DNA from: Octopus vulgaris
Taxonomy: Eukaryota
Length of the DNA stretch: 64,000 nucleotides
Direction: 5' to 3'
Assembly: GCA_951406725.2 (NCBI GenBank)
Contig: OX597821.1
Span: 15,872,001-15,936,000 of the forward strand
The translations under genes and the position numbers were made by a program. The notes under the pieces are model-generated. The model was given only the letters and a program-made list of their open reading frames with translations, did no database searches and was not told the DNA's origin. Shown here in pieces: positions 30,235-44,652 of this stretch. Positions within the stretch are counted from its first letter, which is position 1; every line of letters begins with the position of its first letter.

Positions 30235-31508
30235 CATTATACACACACACACACACACATATATATATTTCAACTCTTAATTGTCTGTTAATTTCTTTCT
30301 TTCTCCTCCTTCTCACGGTCTCATTTAGCTTGGACGTTAAATCTATTGGCGCTTTTTTAATAACTTGCTAGCATTCTCCTTACGTCATATACTTACGTAC
30401 GAGGTAATCACAAACGGTTAAAATTAGCTTAGTGATGTGTTTTATCCCTTTTTCCTTCCCTGACGATATGACTGCATTGTTTTACATCATTTTATTCCCT
30501 CCGGAATAATCTCAATGTTTTTTTACGAAACATATATTGGAAGTATAAATAATTTGAATAACACCTGCGTTCGACTCCATTTCTTAATTTATCCATGTTA
30601 TACAAAAACATTTTAATTAAGCCTGGAATATCTACCTTTACAAGTGGGCTGTAATATCTTTGGCATTTATGTGAATTATTGCTACACTGGTAACTATTTA
30701 TTTCTTTTATCCTTCTTATTCGTACATATTGAAAATGTATACATACATATAAGTGTATTAGAAGGTTTGGAGATGATGTACATGTATTATATATTACAAG
30801 AAAAAAGGTACTCAGAAATCTGGATGGTTTTATCTAAATAAATGTGATCGAGCAGTAACTGCCTCTACGTACGTCATCAGGAGAGTAGCTTTGAAAGCAC
30901 CGCTAGTCACTTCCAGTTCCGAATCCCATAACCGGTAAGTGGGCGTGATTCTCTTCAAGGCCACTCGCCCGAGGAAGTGCGTGTGGTATGCCTAGCCACT
31001 ACTTGATCACAGTAATTCATGTAATGTTTATATAATAGCATGATATGGAAACTCAGCATCTAATAGCAATTACCAGTGCACAGATGAAGTTGATGTGGGT
31101 TGTAATTAATGCTTGCTCATTCCGTCTTATTTTATATATCACAATAAGCTTTCAAATTAAATCTGCGTACGCTAATGTATTTCTTCATATGTATCCAATA
31201 AAAGCGTAATCATCTTGGATGAAGGCTTATGGTACCCGACAACCATATAAGACTTTTGAATTGCAAGTTGTGAGGATATAACCCAGAAGATATTACGTGT
31301 GTTTTCTGTGTGAGTGTGTGTGTGTGTGTGTGTGAAATTATTAGTACAAAGGAATAGACACTGTATGAATGAATAAGCTATTTCAAGCGCAAGGTCTCAC
31401 GTATTTGAAGTGAAACTTGGCGGTTTATGCGTAGTATGAACTGCTGTTTTAACTGCTATGCTATTTACACCGGAATACAAACACGAACACACACAAGTAT
31501 ATGTAAAC

Positions 31509-31541
<33 letters not shown>

Positions 31542-31611
31542 AACATACATATCCACACGTCTATACATATATACAAAGACACATACACAGATATTTATAT
31601 GAATGTGTGTG

Positions 31612-31652
<41 letters not shown>

Positions 31653-32906
31653 CCCACGCATATCTATACATATATACAAATAAACATGCTAACATATTTA
31701 TATGAATGCGTGTGATGTGTTTATGTGTGTGTCTGAGTCGGTGTGTGTTTCTCTCTATGTATATCATAAATGATTGATTGACCCACACTTGGATGAGAAA
31801 CAGATATACACTGGAGGATTTTCTCTGAGGTTTGGGTGTAAATATCGAGAAAGTGTCTGTGTTGAGTATTTGAATATAAAATAATCCGAGCGAGAATGAT
31901 AGACAGGCAGACAGGCAAGAGCGCGCGTATCATGTAGAGCCAAGAATATATGATTGAAGTGTTGTGTTCAATGCCAAAAGACAAGGCCGATAATAATATA
32001 ATACGATGGATCGAAAACATTGAAATGGTTAATAGTAGAGAGATAACATAAAAGAAATAATTCAATGAAATAAGTGAAGAAAGACAAGACTAAGTATATA
32101 TATATATATATATCAAGGAGAAATGGGGAAATAAATCCATAAAAAGCATCTCTTAATAAAAAGAAAATACAGTGATCGTAATAAAAACAAGCATTACAAG
32201 AGAGCAAAATCATGACAGAGATGTAGGTATGTGTATCTTCCGCAATATTTCCGCCCTGTCAACTGTGGAGACTGTTCTTAGCTTCTGAGGCAACCATTTT
32301 CAGTCAAACATTCCAGACTTACGAAGTAATCGAAATACCGGAGCTGAATCTATTCGACTGTAATTGAATGCAAACCACGAATATACATTTACACACGCAC
32401 AGATATATACAGATTTGTATAGAGGAAAATATATGAAAAGGAGATATTTACATATATACAAGTATATATATATGCACCTTTTATACATCCACTGTCCTAT
32501 ATACATAAATATATATATGTATATATTTACATAGATACATCACAGATAGATACATAAATACACAGAGACAGTCAGACAGACGAAGAGACAGGCAGAAAAT
32601 GAATAGTAGATAGATATATAGATAGATATATAGGGAAGTAGGTAAATAGCTAACTGAATAGAAAGACAGACATATATAATTAGATATATGGACAGGCATA
32701 TATTCCTTCATTCCTCATAACACATTGATGACGTAATTTTCTTGAAAATAGAAACAAACATCCATCTATTAATTTCTGTTACCCTCTCCGTTTCTGCATT
32801 ATTCTGTATATCCATGTATCTCTCCACCAAGGTAATTCACCCCTTTTCCCTCACCACCTCTCCCCTTTCTCTTTCTCTGTCTGTCTCCCTTAGTTGTATA
32901 TTTAAT

Positions 32907-32937
<31 letters not shown>

Positions 32938-33750
32938 CAGTATATAATTTTAATTTTGAAGAATCTAATATTGAATGTATTTCCAATTAAATGTTACTTT
33001 TATATTAGTGGCATGAAATGGAACATCAGTAACTTATGATTACCATCTCATATGACCTATTTACAACTCACATTCGATGTTGTAATTAACATATTACTTC
33101 ATATTTTCTTAGAGAAAAAATAATAACAACTCATAAGTGATGCATTTCTCAATCCTGCCGCTGAACTAGCAATTATCGTTGATTAGGATTACTCACAATA
33201 AATTTGCAATATTCATTACTATATTCCCAAGCGTGACCAATCCTCAAAGACCTCAACGGTGTTGCAAGCGGATGATGCAAGTCTCAACACGGATGAAGTG
33301 GACTACTCATGACGGACATGCTGCAGAAAGCGCCTCTCATAGCTATAACCGGATCCGTTGCAGGTTAAACCGTCTGCCTCTTCGTCTGGCTGACTGTCTC
33401 TGTCTATTTGTGTATGTATCTCTTATGTATCTATGTCTGTATGTAAATATATACTTATATATAGTTGTATTTATAGGATATTTGTATGAGGACGTATGGA
33501 ATCTGGGTCATGCATGCATCATATGTGCGTTATGAAATCAAGAGTGTGGATGAATTCCTGGATAGTTGAGATAAATCTTAATCAAAACTAAGACTTTGGC
33601 ACTTCCTTTAGGGATCAGATATATCCCATGTTAAAATTTCTCTCTGGTACTAATATTTTAAAGTGTAGTATCCCTATATATATCCCCAGACATCTCAACT
33701 AACAGGTTTACATAATTTAATGAACTGAGTTATTATTCATTTATAAATAC

Positions 33751-33981
33751 CTATTTTTTACTACTCACAGGGGGCTAAACACAGAGGGGACAAACAAGGA
33801 CAGACAAACGGATTAAGTCGATTACATCGACCCCAGTGCGTAACTGGTACTTAATTTATCGACCCCGAAAGGATGAAAGGCAAAGTCGTCCTCGGCGGAA
33901 TTTGAACCCAGAACGTAGTAGCAGACGAAATACCACTAAGCATCTCGCCTGGCGGGCTAACCTTTCTGCCAGCTCGCCGCC
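33751..33981 (-). mobile_element. SINE family B, full-length, with 17 bp target-site duplication
   Basis: Head ggcggcgagctggcagaaagg...gggttcaaattccgccgagg, central gcctttcatcctttcggggtcgataaattaagtaccag. TSD tattcatttataaatac at 33734-33750 and 33982-33998. Confidence 0.93.
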
Positions 33982-34117
33982 TATTCATTTATAAATACGT
34001 GGACACGCACTTGCCAAAGACCCATGTATGTCTGTACAAACATAGAGACAGGCAGACAGATTTATAGAGAGACAGATACCGATGCACTTGTGTTTGTAAT
34101 GTTACTTTATCATTAAT

Positions 34118-34210
34118 CTGACCTTGCCTTTCATCCTCCCGGGGTCTATAAAATAAGTGTCAGTGAAGCACTCAAAATTTCAGGCCTTGTGCCTATAGTA
34201 GAAACGATTG
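34118..34210 (+). mobile_element. SINE family B (older tail variant) fragment
   Basis: gaccttgcctttcatcctcccggggtctataaaataagt...aaaatttcaggccttgtgcctatagtagaaa; same tail as 42886-43093. Confidence 0.7.
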
Positions 34211-34320
34211 TTTCTACATGAATGACTGAATATAAAATAAACATTTTTCACGATACATTTCACTGTGCAGATATATTTTATTAACCATGTATTAAAGTCC
34301 TATGCTTCAACACAGCATGA

Positions 34321-34368
<48 letters not shown>

Positions 34369-34885
34369 AAATAAGGTATGCAGAGATCTGGATGGTTGTA
34401 CATATACAAATATTTATTAACATGTCATATATTTTTACATGTTACATATAAGCGCTTTCGTCCACTCTAATAGATTCTTGAGATTTAAATTTGCGAAGGG
34501 ATTTGTCTCTTTTCATAGTAATCGTGAACTGGGTGGGATGGAGGGAGACGATGAAAAGAGGAGTAACGTGGCGTGTACAGGTTAGGAAAAAGAGAGAGTG
34601 GAATAGGTAGATAGTGGAATGAGAGAGTGAGAGAGAGTGTGTATGTTGCTCTGTGTGTGTATGCGTACGAGCGTGTGTGTGTGTGTACCTGTGTACCTGA
34701 AAGGAAGTGATTTAAACAAGAGACAAAGAAAAAGAATATATATTTTAAAGTAGGTGGCTAGAACAGAATGCTTACTTTGATTCAGCCAGCTCACCAGGGT
34801 GTCTGGAAAAAAATGCTTTCAAAGTGAAAAAATGTGTTTTTCCATCACCTTTAAACCTAATACACACACACACGTGTGCGTGTGT

Positions 34886-34925
<40 letters not shown>

Positions 34926-34930
34926 ACACA

Positions 34931-35163
34931 CAGGGTTGGCCAAATGTCACCTGGCGGTAAGTCAAAATTCCGTAAATGCTATCTGTAATTCTGTATTGAC
35001 TCGAATGGAAAAATGTGTCGCTCAAGAAGTACTTCAGCTTGAACCATTTCCATGATGTTTCATATTTAGATGCTTTTATTAAAGTCTTTCACTTTTTGAG
35101 CATACAAAAATCTTGGAATTAAATGGCTTTCATTTGCTGTCAGGTGACCTTTGGCTAACCCTG
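34931..35163. mobile_element. MITE (Tc1/mariner type), 233 bp
   Basis: 30 bp TIRs cagggttggccaaatgtcacctggcggtaa (34931-34960) and ttgctgtcaggtgacctttggctaaccctg (35134-35163), 25/30 identical. TA on the right flank, CA on the left. Confidence 0.85.
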
Positions 35164-35850
35164 TATATATATATATCATGGTGTTCGGTATGTTCATTTC
35201 AAAGATGTGACACTTATTTGCCTCACCAGAGAGACACTTATTTTTATTACTAGCGAAATATAATTCTATAAACATAACGTATATTCCGACACATTACTAA
35301 TCGGTTTCTGATAATCTATCTATCCTTCTTCTATCCGCCCTTTGTAAAAACATTTCAATTCCAAATACAGACCATTCACAAAAGAACAATAAAATGTAGT
35401 TCACTTAGAAAAACCTACTTGAAATCAAAATTTATAAACCCTGCTTTTAACAGTTTATTCAAATTAAAATGAAACCGCCACCAAAAATACTTTCTCCCCA
35501 TTTACCCGGACAAACATTAGTGTTCGTCTCATTACCCTGATTCTTACCTACATCAGCGAGGATGGTCATTCTAAACTAGCGTCTAGATATAAAAAAGAAA
35601 TACAAAAATAGTTCATATTCACATCATGTCCGACTTCCGACTACTAACCGGATCGATCGATTACTGACCTAATTGTATATAGATTTTATTAGATAATTCG
35701 AACTATTGCTGTTAAATTTGCACTATATGTGCTAAGCACAATCTGTCTCAAAAGACCGGAAAACGAACAAATATATCTCCTGTTGATTTTCTTTGGAATT
35801 GCCTCCAACACAGCAGCTTTGCTTTTGCGGCTAATATATATACATACATA

Positions 35851-35900
<50 letters not shown>

Positions 35901-36359
35901 CATGCGTACATGTGTGTTTTTGTGAATGTATGTAAATATGCGTGTGTGTTATGTGTGTGTGTTTCTCTATATAGTTATGATTGTATGAATGTATATATGT
36001 ATTTTTCTACATATATGGTTTTACATATACAATAAACGTAGAGGGCATACATGACAAAGGACCTGTGGCACTTCTAAACTTTCCCGTACATCTTTTATTA
36101 AATTGAATTTAGAATCAACAAAGGACCAAAATAGATATACAGAAATATTTTGATCAGATTTTATGGGCAAATGACAAAAAGAAACTACGTTTAATAAAGC
36201 AGAAAATACATAAGCGGAAACAAAATATTACTTATTAAAACTGCTACAATATTTTTTAAAGTTATTTTCATGATCAAACCTGTAGAATTATTCATCTTAC
36301 AACGACTCCAAATTTGAAAAGTAGTAACGTAATACTTAGATACTGGAACACTAATCATA

Positions 36360-36781
36360 ATAACGTTTTAAGTTATGGCAGAAGTCCTGCAATTTAACGA
36401 GAGGGTTTTAGTTGATTAAGTTGACCCACAGAACTGGACTGTTAATTTATTTTATAGACCACGTAATGTTGAGATGCAACCTTCAAATCGGTAGTGTTTG
36501 AACTCAGCACATGAACTTTCGCAAATTATTTTTCCGGCGCGATATTGATGATTGATGATGATAATAATAAACATTTCTACTATAACTACACGTTCTGAAA
36601 TCTTTTAAAAGAGGATTATTCGATTTCATCACCCTCACAGTTCAACTGGTACTAGTATACTGACCTCGAAAGGAAGAAAGACAAAGTCAAACACTACAGA
36701 GTTTCAAATCAGAACCTAAAGACATATGAAATACCGCTAAGAATTTCTTCAGATGCTAATAATTCCGCCAGCTCGTTGCCT
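36360..36781 (-). mobile_element. Two adjacent decayed SINE family B copies (~36360-36545 and ~36560-36781)
   Basis: caactggtactag..gacctcgaaaggaagaaagacaaagtcaa...gaaataccgctaagaatttc...ccgccagctcgttgcc matches the reverse complement of family B; the upstream copy is more degenerate. Confidence 0.65.
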
Positions 36782-37981
36782 TGAAAATAGCTAAATTCGT
36801 CACAACAGTACGTCAGTGGTACGTTATTTTATAGCATGAAAATTAAGTCAAAATCATACATACTATATGAATAAGTGAAGACGAGTGGCTTATGACAGGT
36901 TTACAGTCATAAGGCTGTGGCTGTGATTCTTGGGCTGAGCAGAATGTTTTCTCGGATAAAGCACATTATTTCGCCTTGCTTGAGCCTGTTCAGTACCAAC
37001 CGAGTGGCAGTGTAGCTCTGTTTCCAAGAAGAGTTCATATTCACGATGTACTGCGGGGAAAAGGTTATGAAAGAAATAAAGTTATAAGCTACTGCTTGCA
37101 GGTGTGTGACTTCTAAGCTTTCATAAGTTGATGACACAGGTTTCAGTCACGAGGAAGGAATTCCAGATAGAGAAATCTACACAACCAGTTCAATGTTAGC
37201 TTCACATCCAGAAGAAATTTTATACCTAATCATTCATGTTACTCTTGTTACTGTTACTCCACTTTTACTTGATTTTCAATTTCAGGTTCTTTCTAAGTGG
37301 AAAGTGAAAGCATCGAAGTGATCTAGGCCAAAGGCCAAAATATCTGTGTCCAGCCCTTCCAGTTTCATCAATCGCTACAACCCATTTTGCCACATAGGCA
37401 AGAAAACTCTCTGCCCTTTGGCGTTAACCTATTAACAGCAAATATTTCGACGGCGTCCACCCAACAAATTGCCAGTGGATAGAGACAGGGATCTTGCTCT
37501 TCATTTAGAGAGAAAGTGGTGGGCCAAACTTTTCAGGATAGGCTTGGCTGAAACCCAGATTATTCGACATAGGATGCCAAAGAGGTTTGGTTGTTCTAAC
37601 AAATAAGGTTCTGTACCAGACAAACCCAAAGTCAGCAATGCAAGAGCATTTATACGTCGGATTTCTTCGTTACTCTACGTGTACGCCTAAAAGGTTTGGC
37701 AAATTTTATTAACATGAGACGTATGACAAGGATATTTATAAAGTTGAAAGCACTCGTGAAAAACAAAAAGAATATCAGCTATGAATGTTATCGCCGGTTC
37801 AAAGAATCATTCACAGGCCAACATGTATTATGTTGTCTCCAACGATGCAACGTAATGTTTGTTTTACTCAGAGAGGTATCGTGAACTTCATGGCAACAAA
37901 AGGCAAACTACTAGGATGAGCAGTGGAAGACGCCTACCATAGATGCTAACCACTCGTGTTCATAGTCATTTGCTTTATACA

Positions 37982-38328
37982 TGTTTCAGTCATTTGACTG
38001 CGGCCATGCAGGAGCACCGCCTTTAATCGAGTAAAACGATCCCAGGACCTATTCTTTGTAAGTCTAGTACTTATTATATCGGACTTTTTTGCCGAACCGC
38101 TAAGTTACGGGGACGTAAGCACACCAGCATCCGTTGTCAATCAATGTTGGGGAGACAAACACACACACACTCATATATATATATATAGATATATACGACG
38201 GACTTCTTTCAGTTTCCGTCTACCAAATCCACTTACAAGGCTTTGGACGGACCGAGCTATATAGAAGACACTTGGCCAAGGTGCCACGCAGTAGGATTAA
38301 AACCCGGAACAATGTGGCCCCTGCGCCT
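37982..38328 (-). mobile_element. SINE family A, diverged, with a deletion in the head
   Basis: tgtttcagtcatttgactgcggccatgcaggagcaccgcc...ttggccaaggtgccacgcagtaggattaaaacccggaacaatgtgg-cccctgcgcct. Confidence 0.88.
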
Positions 38329-40189
38329 TTGTTCAGTCACTGTTCAGAATGTTTTGAATATGTATAGGCATCTACTTCTCCTGGGGCATGGTTGCCTACA
38401 ACCTCTCAAAAGAAACCTCTCCAGAGCCTAGGCACCAAATAAGCGGAAACTGATCCTATTTTGTAACAAAATATTTCGGATATTAATCCTGCTTCTTGTA
38501 TATGTCACCTATATAAAATGTATTTATGTTTTCATGTTGCAAAAATGTGATAGATTGTCACTTAGTCAGTTAGGCACCACAAGCACAGTATAAAAGCGCT
38601 AAGACACTTTTTCTGTTAACACTTTGAATAACTGGCAATGATCGGAGAAAATATTCAGAAAAAACTACAAATTGTTTTAAATGCAGTCGTACCAAAGTGT
38701 CTGATTTCAAATCTACGTGTGATTTTGAAAAAGCGAAGCAATTATAGAAATGATGTTCGACTATTAAAAAGAAAGTACATATATTTCAATAGAGAGAGAA
38801 TATTACGACTTGGAAGTGTTGAGTTATGTGAAATATTTTAATTTGAATACATGCACGAAACACTACACAATATCCAAAACACACTGGGGTATTTTATTTG
38901 CTTGAAAGCTACTAATATTATGTGAAAAGCATTCATAATAAAATACTTAATCTGTTGGAATAATTTCGGTTGATGATCCTTAAAAGGGAAGTGAGTTTGA
39001 AACCAGAGCTCGAAATAATTACCTCCGTAGTAATCTCGGTTGTAAGATACAGTTCCAATATCTGGACCTAAAATACACGAGAAAGCCAAAAGCTAAATAC
39101 TAGGCAAAACTCAGAACACACTGTCACGGTGCTGGCACAAATCCCTTGTGTATTCCGACAGAGATTGCAAGTTAGAGTCGTTGGTCAGCTTGGTATTGCC
39201 TATAAATCAGATCAGTCGGATGGAAAAAGTTTCTTCAATCACAAAACATTGTTATCTATCTGAAAAATCATACTGTTACAATCGATATAAAAGAATTATA
39301 ACCATATTTAGCTGAAATGTGTAATGCACTCATAAATTCTTTAGAAGTAATACCCTCACTAAACGTTTATCATGCATACACTGGAGAAAGAAGAATCATA
39401 AGAAATTAATTTCAGGGCAAAAGTATATAGATAAAGAAAGAAGTCAGGAAGACAGAGTAAAGGAATTGATAATACTATGCCAATAATTCGTAACCCATTA
39501 TATAAATCAAATGTTTTCAAAATGGCAGAGATAGATCTGGCTCTATGTATCTTAACTGAAAGGTGACAGCATGTTTAATGAATGCAGCTCGAGACCTATA
39601 TCGTCCAACTAGACAATTGCGTTATTGCATTGTGAAAAAGAATATCAAGTTGCATTGACACAAGTATGAAAGGATTCGGGAGAGGATTGACATAAATAAG
39701 CTGTATGTTCAACAGTGCATCATAATACAAAAAGAAAGCATATGAAGAGCGCTACCATTTATTGAACAGTACATAATATAATGAAGATCACATATGCAGA
39801 ATAACCTAAACACATATACTACACAACGTAATAATAAATACTGCTATTATCGGTTTATTTGACTAAAGAAATATGAAACAAACACAGTTTCATATCAAAG
39901 ACATGTTCATTAAGTGACCCAGACTTTTGAAAATGTCGATGTTTTTTGTAATGAAGTTTGAATAATGCTATACAAATATCAGAATAACATGCATTTTAAA
40001 ATGGTGTCATCGGGCTATGGGGATAAAACAGTAATCCTATTCATTGTGGAAGCGCCCGTAATTGCGAAGCAGGCTACAGACAAGACTCCAAATCTATATG
40101 TTCGAAAATATATCTTATGTAAAAATGCAGAAAGCAGCGCTCTTAATGAGTGGTCATATCCTGTGGAATACAGTATTTGTATTCCACAA

Positions 40190-42305
40190 TTTAAGGAAAT
40201 TTCTCCATGTGCTCCACCCCTATTGCAGCCCCTATTTGTTCCTTGTACTTCTCAAGATTTTTACTAACTGTTTCCAGGTCTCCGACAATTGAGTCGGGTT
40301 TATGGTCGTACCAATTGTTTGCTCTGTCAAGTCCATACTTTTTACAAAGTGTCAAATGTACAAGCCTGACTATATTGTCGTGGCTTCTCTTATGTTCCTT
40401 CTGGGCTAGTGGCATGCATTGACTGTTAATATGCCATACGGTTTCATCATTTTGTGCACAAGTTCTGCACTTATCACTTTCTGATGTGTTGTCTATTCTG
40501 TATTTTATGTAGTTTGTTCTTAGTACTTGCTCTTGGGAATCACAGATTAGAGTCTCCGTTTTCAGTTTTGAATCACTTTTAGTCATCCACAGCCATCTTT
40601 TTTCTCTGTCTGTCTGTCTTATCTTCAACATCCCTATGAAATTGTCCATGCATTCCTTTCTTTACCCAACTAGTTTCAGTTTCATTCGTTTTAAATTGCT
40701 TGTACAGTGGTTTATCTTTGCAATCTTTCATCCCACACAAGCCTGATTTTCTTCCATTTAATAATAGCCGTTCTGTGGCACTTTTACATACCATGCTATG
40801 TTGTTATCTTCTGCTCTAATGCTGTGTTCGCATCCAATGAGTCTTCTTCCTCCTCTTTTTATTGGTACATACAGACTCTCTGTGTCAGGTTCGGGGTGTA
40901 GTGTCCCATATCAGGTTAGCAACTTCCTTGTCTTTCTGTCTAAGCTGTTTAGTTCGTCTCCTGTACATGTGATTACCGATACTCCATATCTGAGGAGTGA
41001 AACAGCCCAGGTGTTGATAGCTTCAATCTTATTCTGTCTGTTTAATTTCGACTTAAGGATCAGTCACCATCTGCGCAAATACCCCACCTTAACTTTTTCT
41101 GTCATTTCTTTCTCCATCAATTTATCCATTTCCGATTTCTCCAAGTAACTATAGCCTGTCTCTTCTATCTGCTTCATAATCTCCACTGACGGTATCCTTA
41201 GCCCGTCAATACATTTGATTTTGCATCTCTTCAACACTAACACACCACATTTTTTCAGTCCGAACACCATTCTGATATTAGCACTGAAAGTAAGCACCAT
41301 ATCATCGAGGGAACTGACTTGGGCCTTATCTTTACCATAAAGTTTCAGTTCATACCCAACTTTTGCTTTTCTTAGAATCAGAGTTAGTGTTCTCAAGCAC
41401 AGTACGATGATTAGTGGGGTCAAGCAGTCCCCTTGCAAGATGCCCCACCAGATTTCTACACTCTTTAAACTTCTTCAGTATGCTGTCAAGTCCGTCTTCC
41501 AATTCGCCATGCTTGTTCCCAGCAATCGCTCAACGTTCGATGAATGACTAAACAGCTTCATCTAAGAATGCAGTATCATATCGTACGCCTTACAATAGTC
41601 TATTCATGACATGGCTACGTTACTTTTCCTCCTCTTTCAGTCTCTAAGTATAGTTTTGTCTATCAGGAGTTGATCCTTTGTACCTCTGCCCTTACGCTTG
41701 CAACCAGGACATAGGGAGATTCAACCCGCCTCTTTTAATCATTATTTTTATCATCACTGATATCATTGATATTGTTTTCATTTTTTTTACTATTTGTCAT
41801 GTGGCAGGACGCCATTTTTTCTAGATGCTCGTACAGTGACTCTGCGAGTATTCCATTCAATAATTTCCACGTAAGTGGCAAACAGGAGATCGGCCTGTAA
41901 TTGTCTACCGTATCAACTTTTAGGTATTTTTCAGGCACAACACTGTCCTACCCAATGTCAACCAGTTTGGTGTTACTTAGTCGGCATGTAAGGTGTTGAT
42001 TTGCGGAGCTATTCGTGCATGACATTCACAAAATCTTTTAATCCAGTAGCCTTGAACTCCATCTAGTCCCGGGGCCTCCCAGTTGCTCATTTTTTTGCTG
42101 ATTTCCATCACTTTCCAAACTGAAATGACTTGTGCTTATTTTGGACAGACTACTGTTTGTTTCAGTTCTTACAGCCATTCAGCATCCTTATTGTGCTCCT
42201 TGTCTTTGTTCAAGATGTCACTGTAAAACCATTAATTTTCATTGTCATCTGGTATCAACTTTTCATCTGTACATTCTCCATTTATTTCTTTATAGAATCT
42301 CTTCT
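40190..42305 (-). mobile_element. R4/Dong-type non-LTR retrotransposon pseudogene (RT + CCHC + partly deleted REL endonuclease)
   Basis: Minus-strand fragments [63 protein letters not shown]...ETVWHINSQC, HDNIVRLVH, WYDHKP. Many stops and frameshifts. Confidence 0.88.
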
Positions 42306-42885
42306 ACTCTCACTAACCTATTCTGGTGTTAACACAGAGGTTACACAGGCCTATGAGGGTTGGGGTGACAACAATTTCCAGCGCTGCTTACATGGATAGC
42401 CGCTTGAAAAATTACACTATCAGCGAAGTTAGGTGTAATTCAAAAGAGATGTAACTACTCATTCTGTCATCCAGAACGACTTTCCAGAGAGTCCATTGCT
42501 CACTCGTAATCTTCTTCGCTGAACAGGCTCAGCATATGGAGACTAAGATTTTTGCCTTCGTCTTTATTTCTGTAACTTCGTTAACTGTTTTTTTTTTCAA
42601 TGTTGTTTTTTGCCGCTAGCTAGGTTATGTTCTCTAGCCACGGGTTCCGAGAGGGTAGTAGATTTTAGTTATTTTCTGTGTTGTTGACTTTCTTGTATTA
42701 CTTCTTGATGTCTTTGCTGGGCAATCTTCTTTAGTCTTCTATCGCCGGTGTCAATTACTGCCTTTATTGTTGTATTTATAGGTAGGAGCAGCAGGTGTGT
42801 CTGTAACAGCTTCGGTAGTAGGGGTGGGGATAGTTGTAGTAGTGGTAGTTTGGCCTATTATCATTATTATTATTATTAATGTTCA

Positions 42886-43093
42886 GGCAGCTATTTGCAG
42901 AATCACTGGCACGTCGAGCAAAATGCTTAGCGGCATTTCGCCTGTTTTCGTGTTCTGAGTCCAAATTCCACCCTCTAGCTTTCATCCTTTAGGGGACAGT
43001 AAACGAATTACTAGGAGAGCAGTGGGGTGGGGTGACTGTAATAGATTTACCTCAAATCCCGAAATTGCTAGCCTTGTGCCTATAGTAGAAATT

Positions 43094-43140
<47 letters not shown>
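42886..43140 (+). mobile_element. SINE family B (older tail variant) with (ATT)n tail
   Basis: gcagaatcactggcacgtcgagcaaaatgcttagcggcatttcg...ttctgagtccaaattcc...gctttcatccttt...gccttgtgcctatagtagaa followed by (ATT)n. Confidence 0.8.
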
Positions 43141-43141
<1 letters not shown>

Positions 43142-44652
43142 ACCATCGTCATCATTATGTTGATGTTGTTCTTATTGTTAGCGTTGCTATTGTTGTTGGA
43201 ATATATTCGCTTCCTAGAATGGAGAAATTTATCATGTGACAAAGAATCTAGACAAAGTCTACAATTAGCCCTTGGTTTATGCAATTATCCTTTGGCCATT
43301 GCTAAAAATAGGAAAACAGAAAGCACGAATTAACTGATCTTCAAGAATATAATTTGTGTTTTAATTCTCTTTCAGTAAAGATATAGTGATTCGGCAAAGA
43401 GTAGATGAGTTGTGTTTTTTTTCTTTTTCTTTTATAGATTAGCCTAGAATACAAATAATAGTTCTACGTAGTATAAACTCAGCTTAAGAGACTGACCGAA
43501 AATTTGAACGAAATTAACACATTATTCATTGCAGTGGGTTGTAAGGCATGACGTTGCTCTTAGACTCTTCGCCTGTTCCAAATAATTATGATAAACTAAA
43601 CTCTTCATATAGCACTAAACGGTCAGGTGATGGTGTTAAATCGGGCTGAAAACTACTCTGGAATAAGTCTATAACTCAAAATTAATTCGGATTACTTACT
43701 AGATCTTAAATTTCAGATGCATATGATTTTTTCCAATTAGTTTGTAAGTCACTGTGGGTAATCGATTGGGACAACGTAAGAATATTACTAGTATTTAAAT
43801 TTTCAATTTCAGAGCAGACACAAGCTAGTTAGCCAAGATTTTAAAATCAATATAAATTATTTAAACGAATAGATTCGACTTTAGTTCGTTATAGCTGAAT
43901 GTTCACCAAATTAGTGAGACTCGAATACGCATGGTAAATTCGGAAAAATACAAAATATTCAGCCCAGAGACAGCCAATTGATAATATCATTTGCCTTTAA
44001 ACCGGATGCTGTTGATTCGCAACTGGTTGTACAGCATGCATGTCTCGTTAAGAAATTAGGTTAGTTTGTACGGTTTGATTAACTCAATTTAAAATGCGTT
44101 ATAGCGTTTCCTATCTCTACGCTTAAGCACAGGAGAATTTGTGCTATACACTGCAAGGTAGAGAAATAATCGGGAATTTTATTTTGACTTACTTGCCGCC
44201 ATTTGTAGAATTAGACGCATTTGTATGTGTTGGGGATTTAGTATACTTCAGACTTTAATTACAGTAGGAAGGAATTTCAACCATGTTTCGTGGTATGCTA
44301 CCACAACAGCTCCTTTATAGGATCCAGTTAACTCAAGACATCATCAGGAGGAACCACATCCGGGTTCGGCCCCTATTCCTCTATCGATTTCACGTGGCGC
44401 CCCCCTCTTCGGAGGTGTTGAATGCATGTCTTCTTTCTCTTGTTCCCTGGCTGCTTTGGTGTATTGTCAGCGAGTGTCAGCCGGTGACTGACTGACTTGT
44501 CAACTTTTCCATTTAAATACCTGCCAAAGGCTCCAGCAAGCAGCCCCAGCAAGTTGTCATGTGACACTGTCTAAACTTTAACTGACTTTTGGAATTTTCT
44601 GACAAATGTACCAGTGTAGATGCCTATTAAGTACGTTGAATTTATTTCTAGA

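Noticed and set aside
36900-37600. Possible very old Tx1/L1-type fragment on the minus strand (PQYIVNM resembles IVNIV at ~24358)
   Set aside because: Too degenerate to support by eye.
42320-42760. Possible 5' region or ribozyme of the R4-type element
   Set aside because: No coding motif or HDV-like fold could be traced.
44270-44355. Minus-strand CTGATGA ... GAAACATG hammerhead-like words
   Set aside because: Helices I and II do not close convincingly and the boxes are ~50 nt apart.
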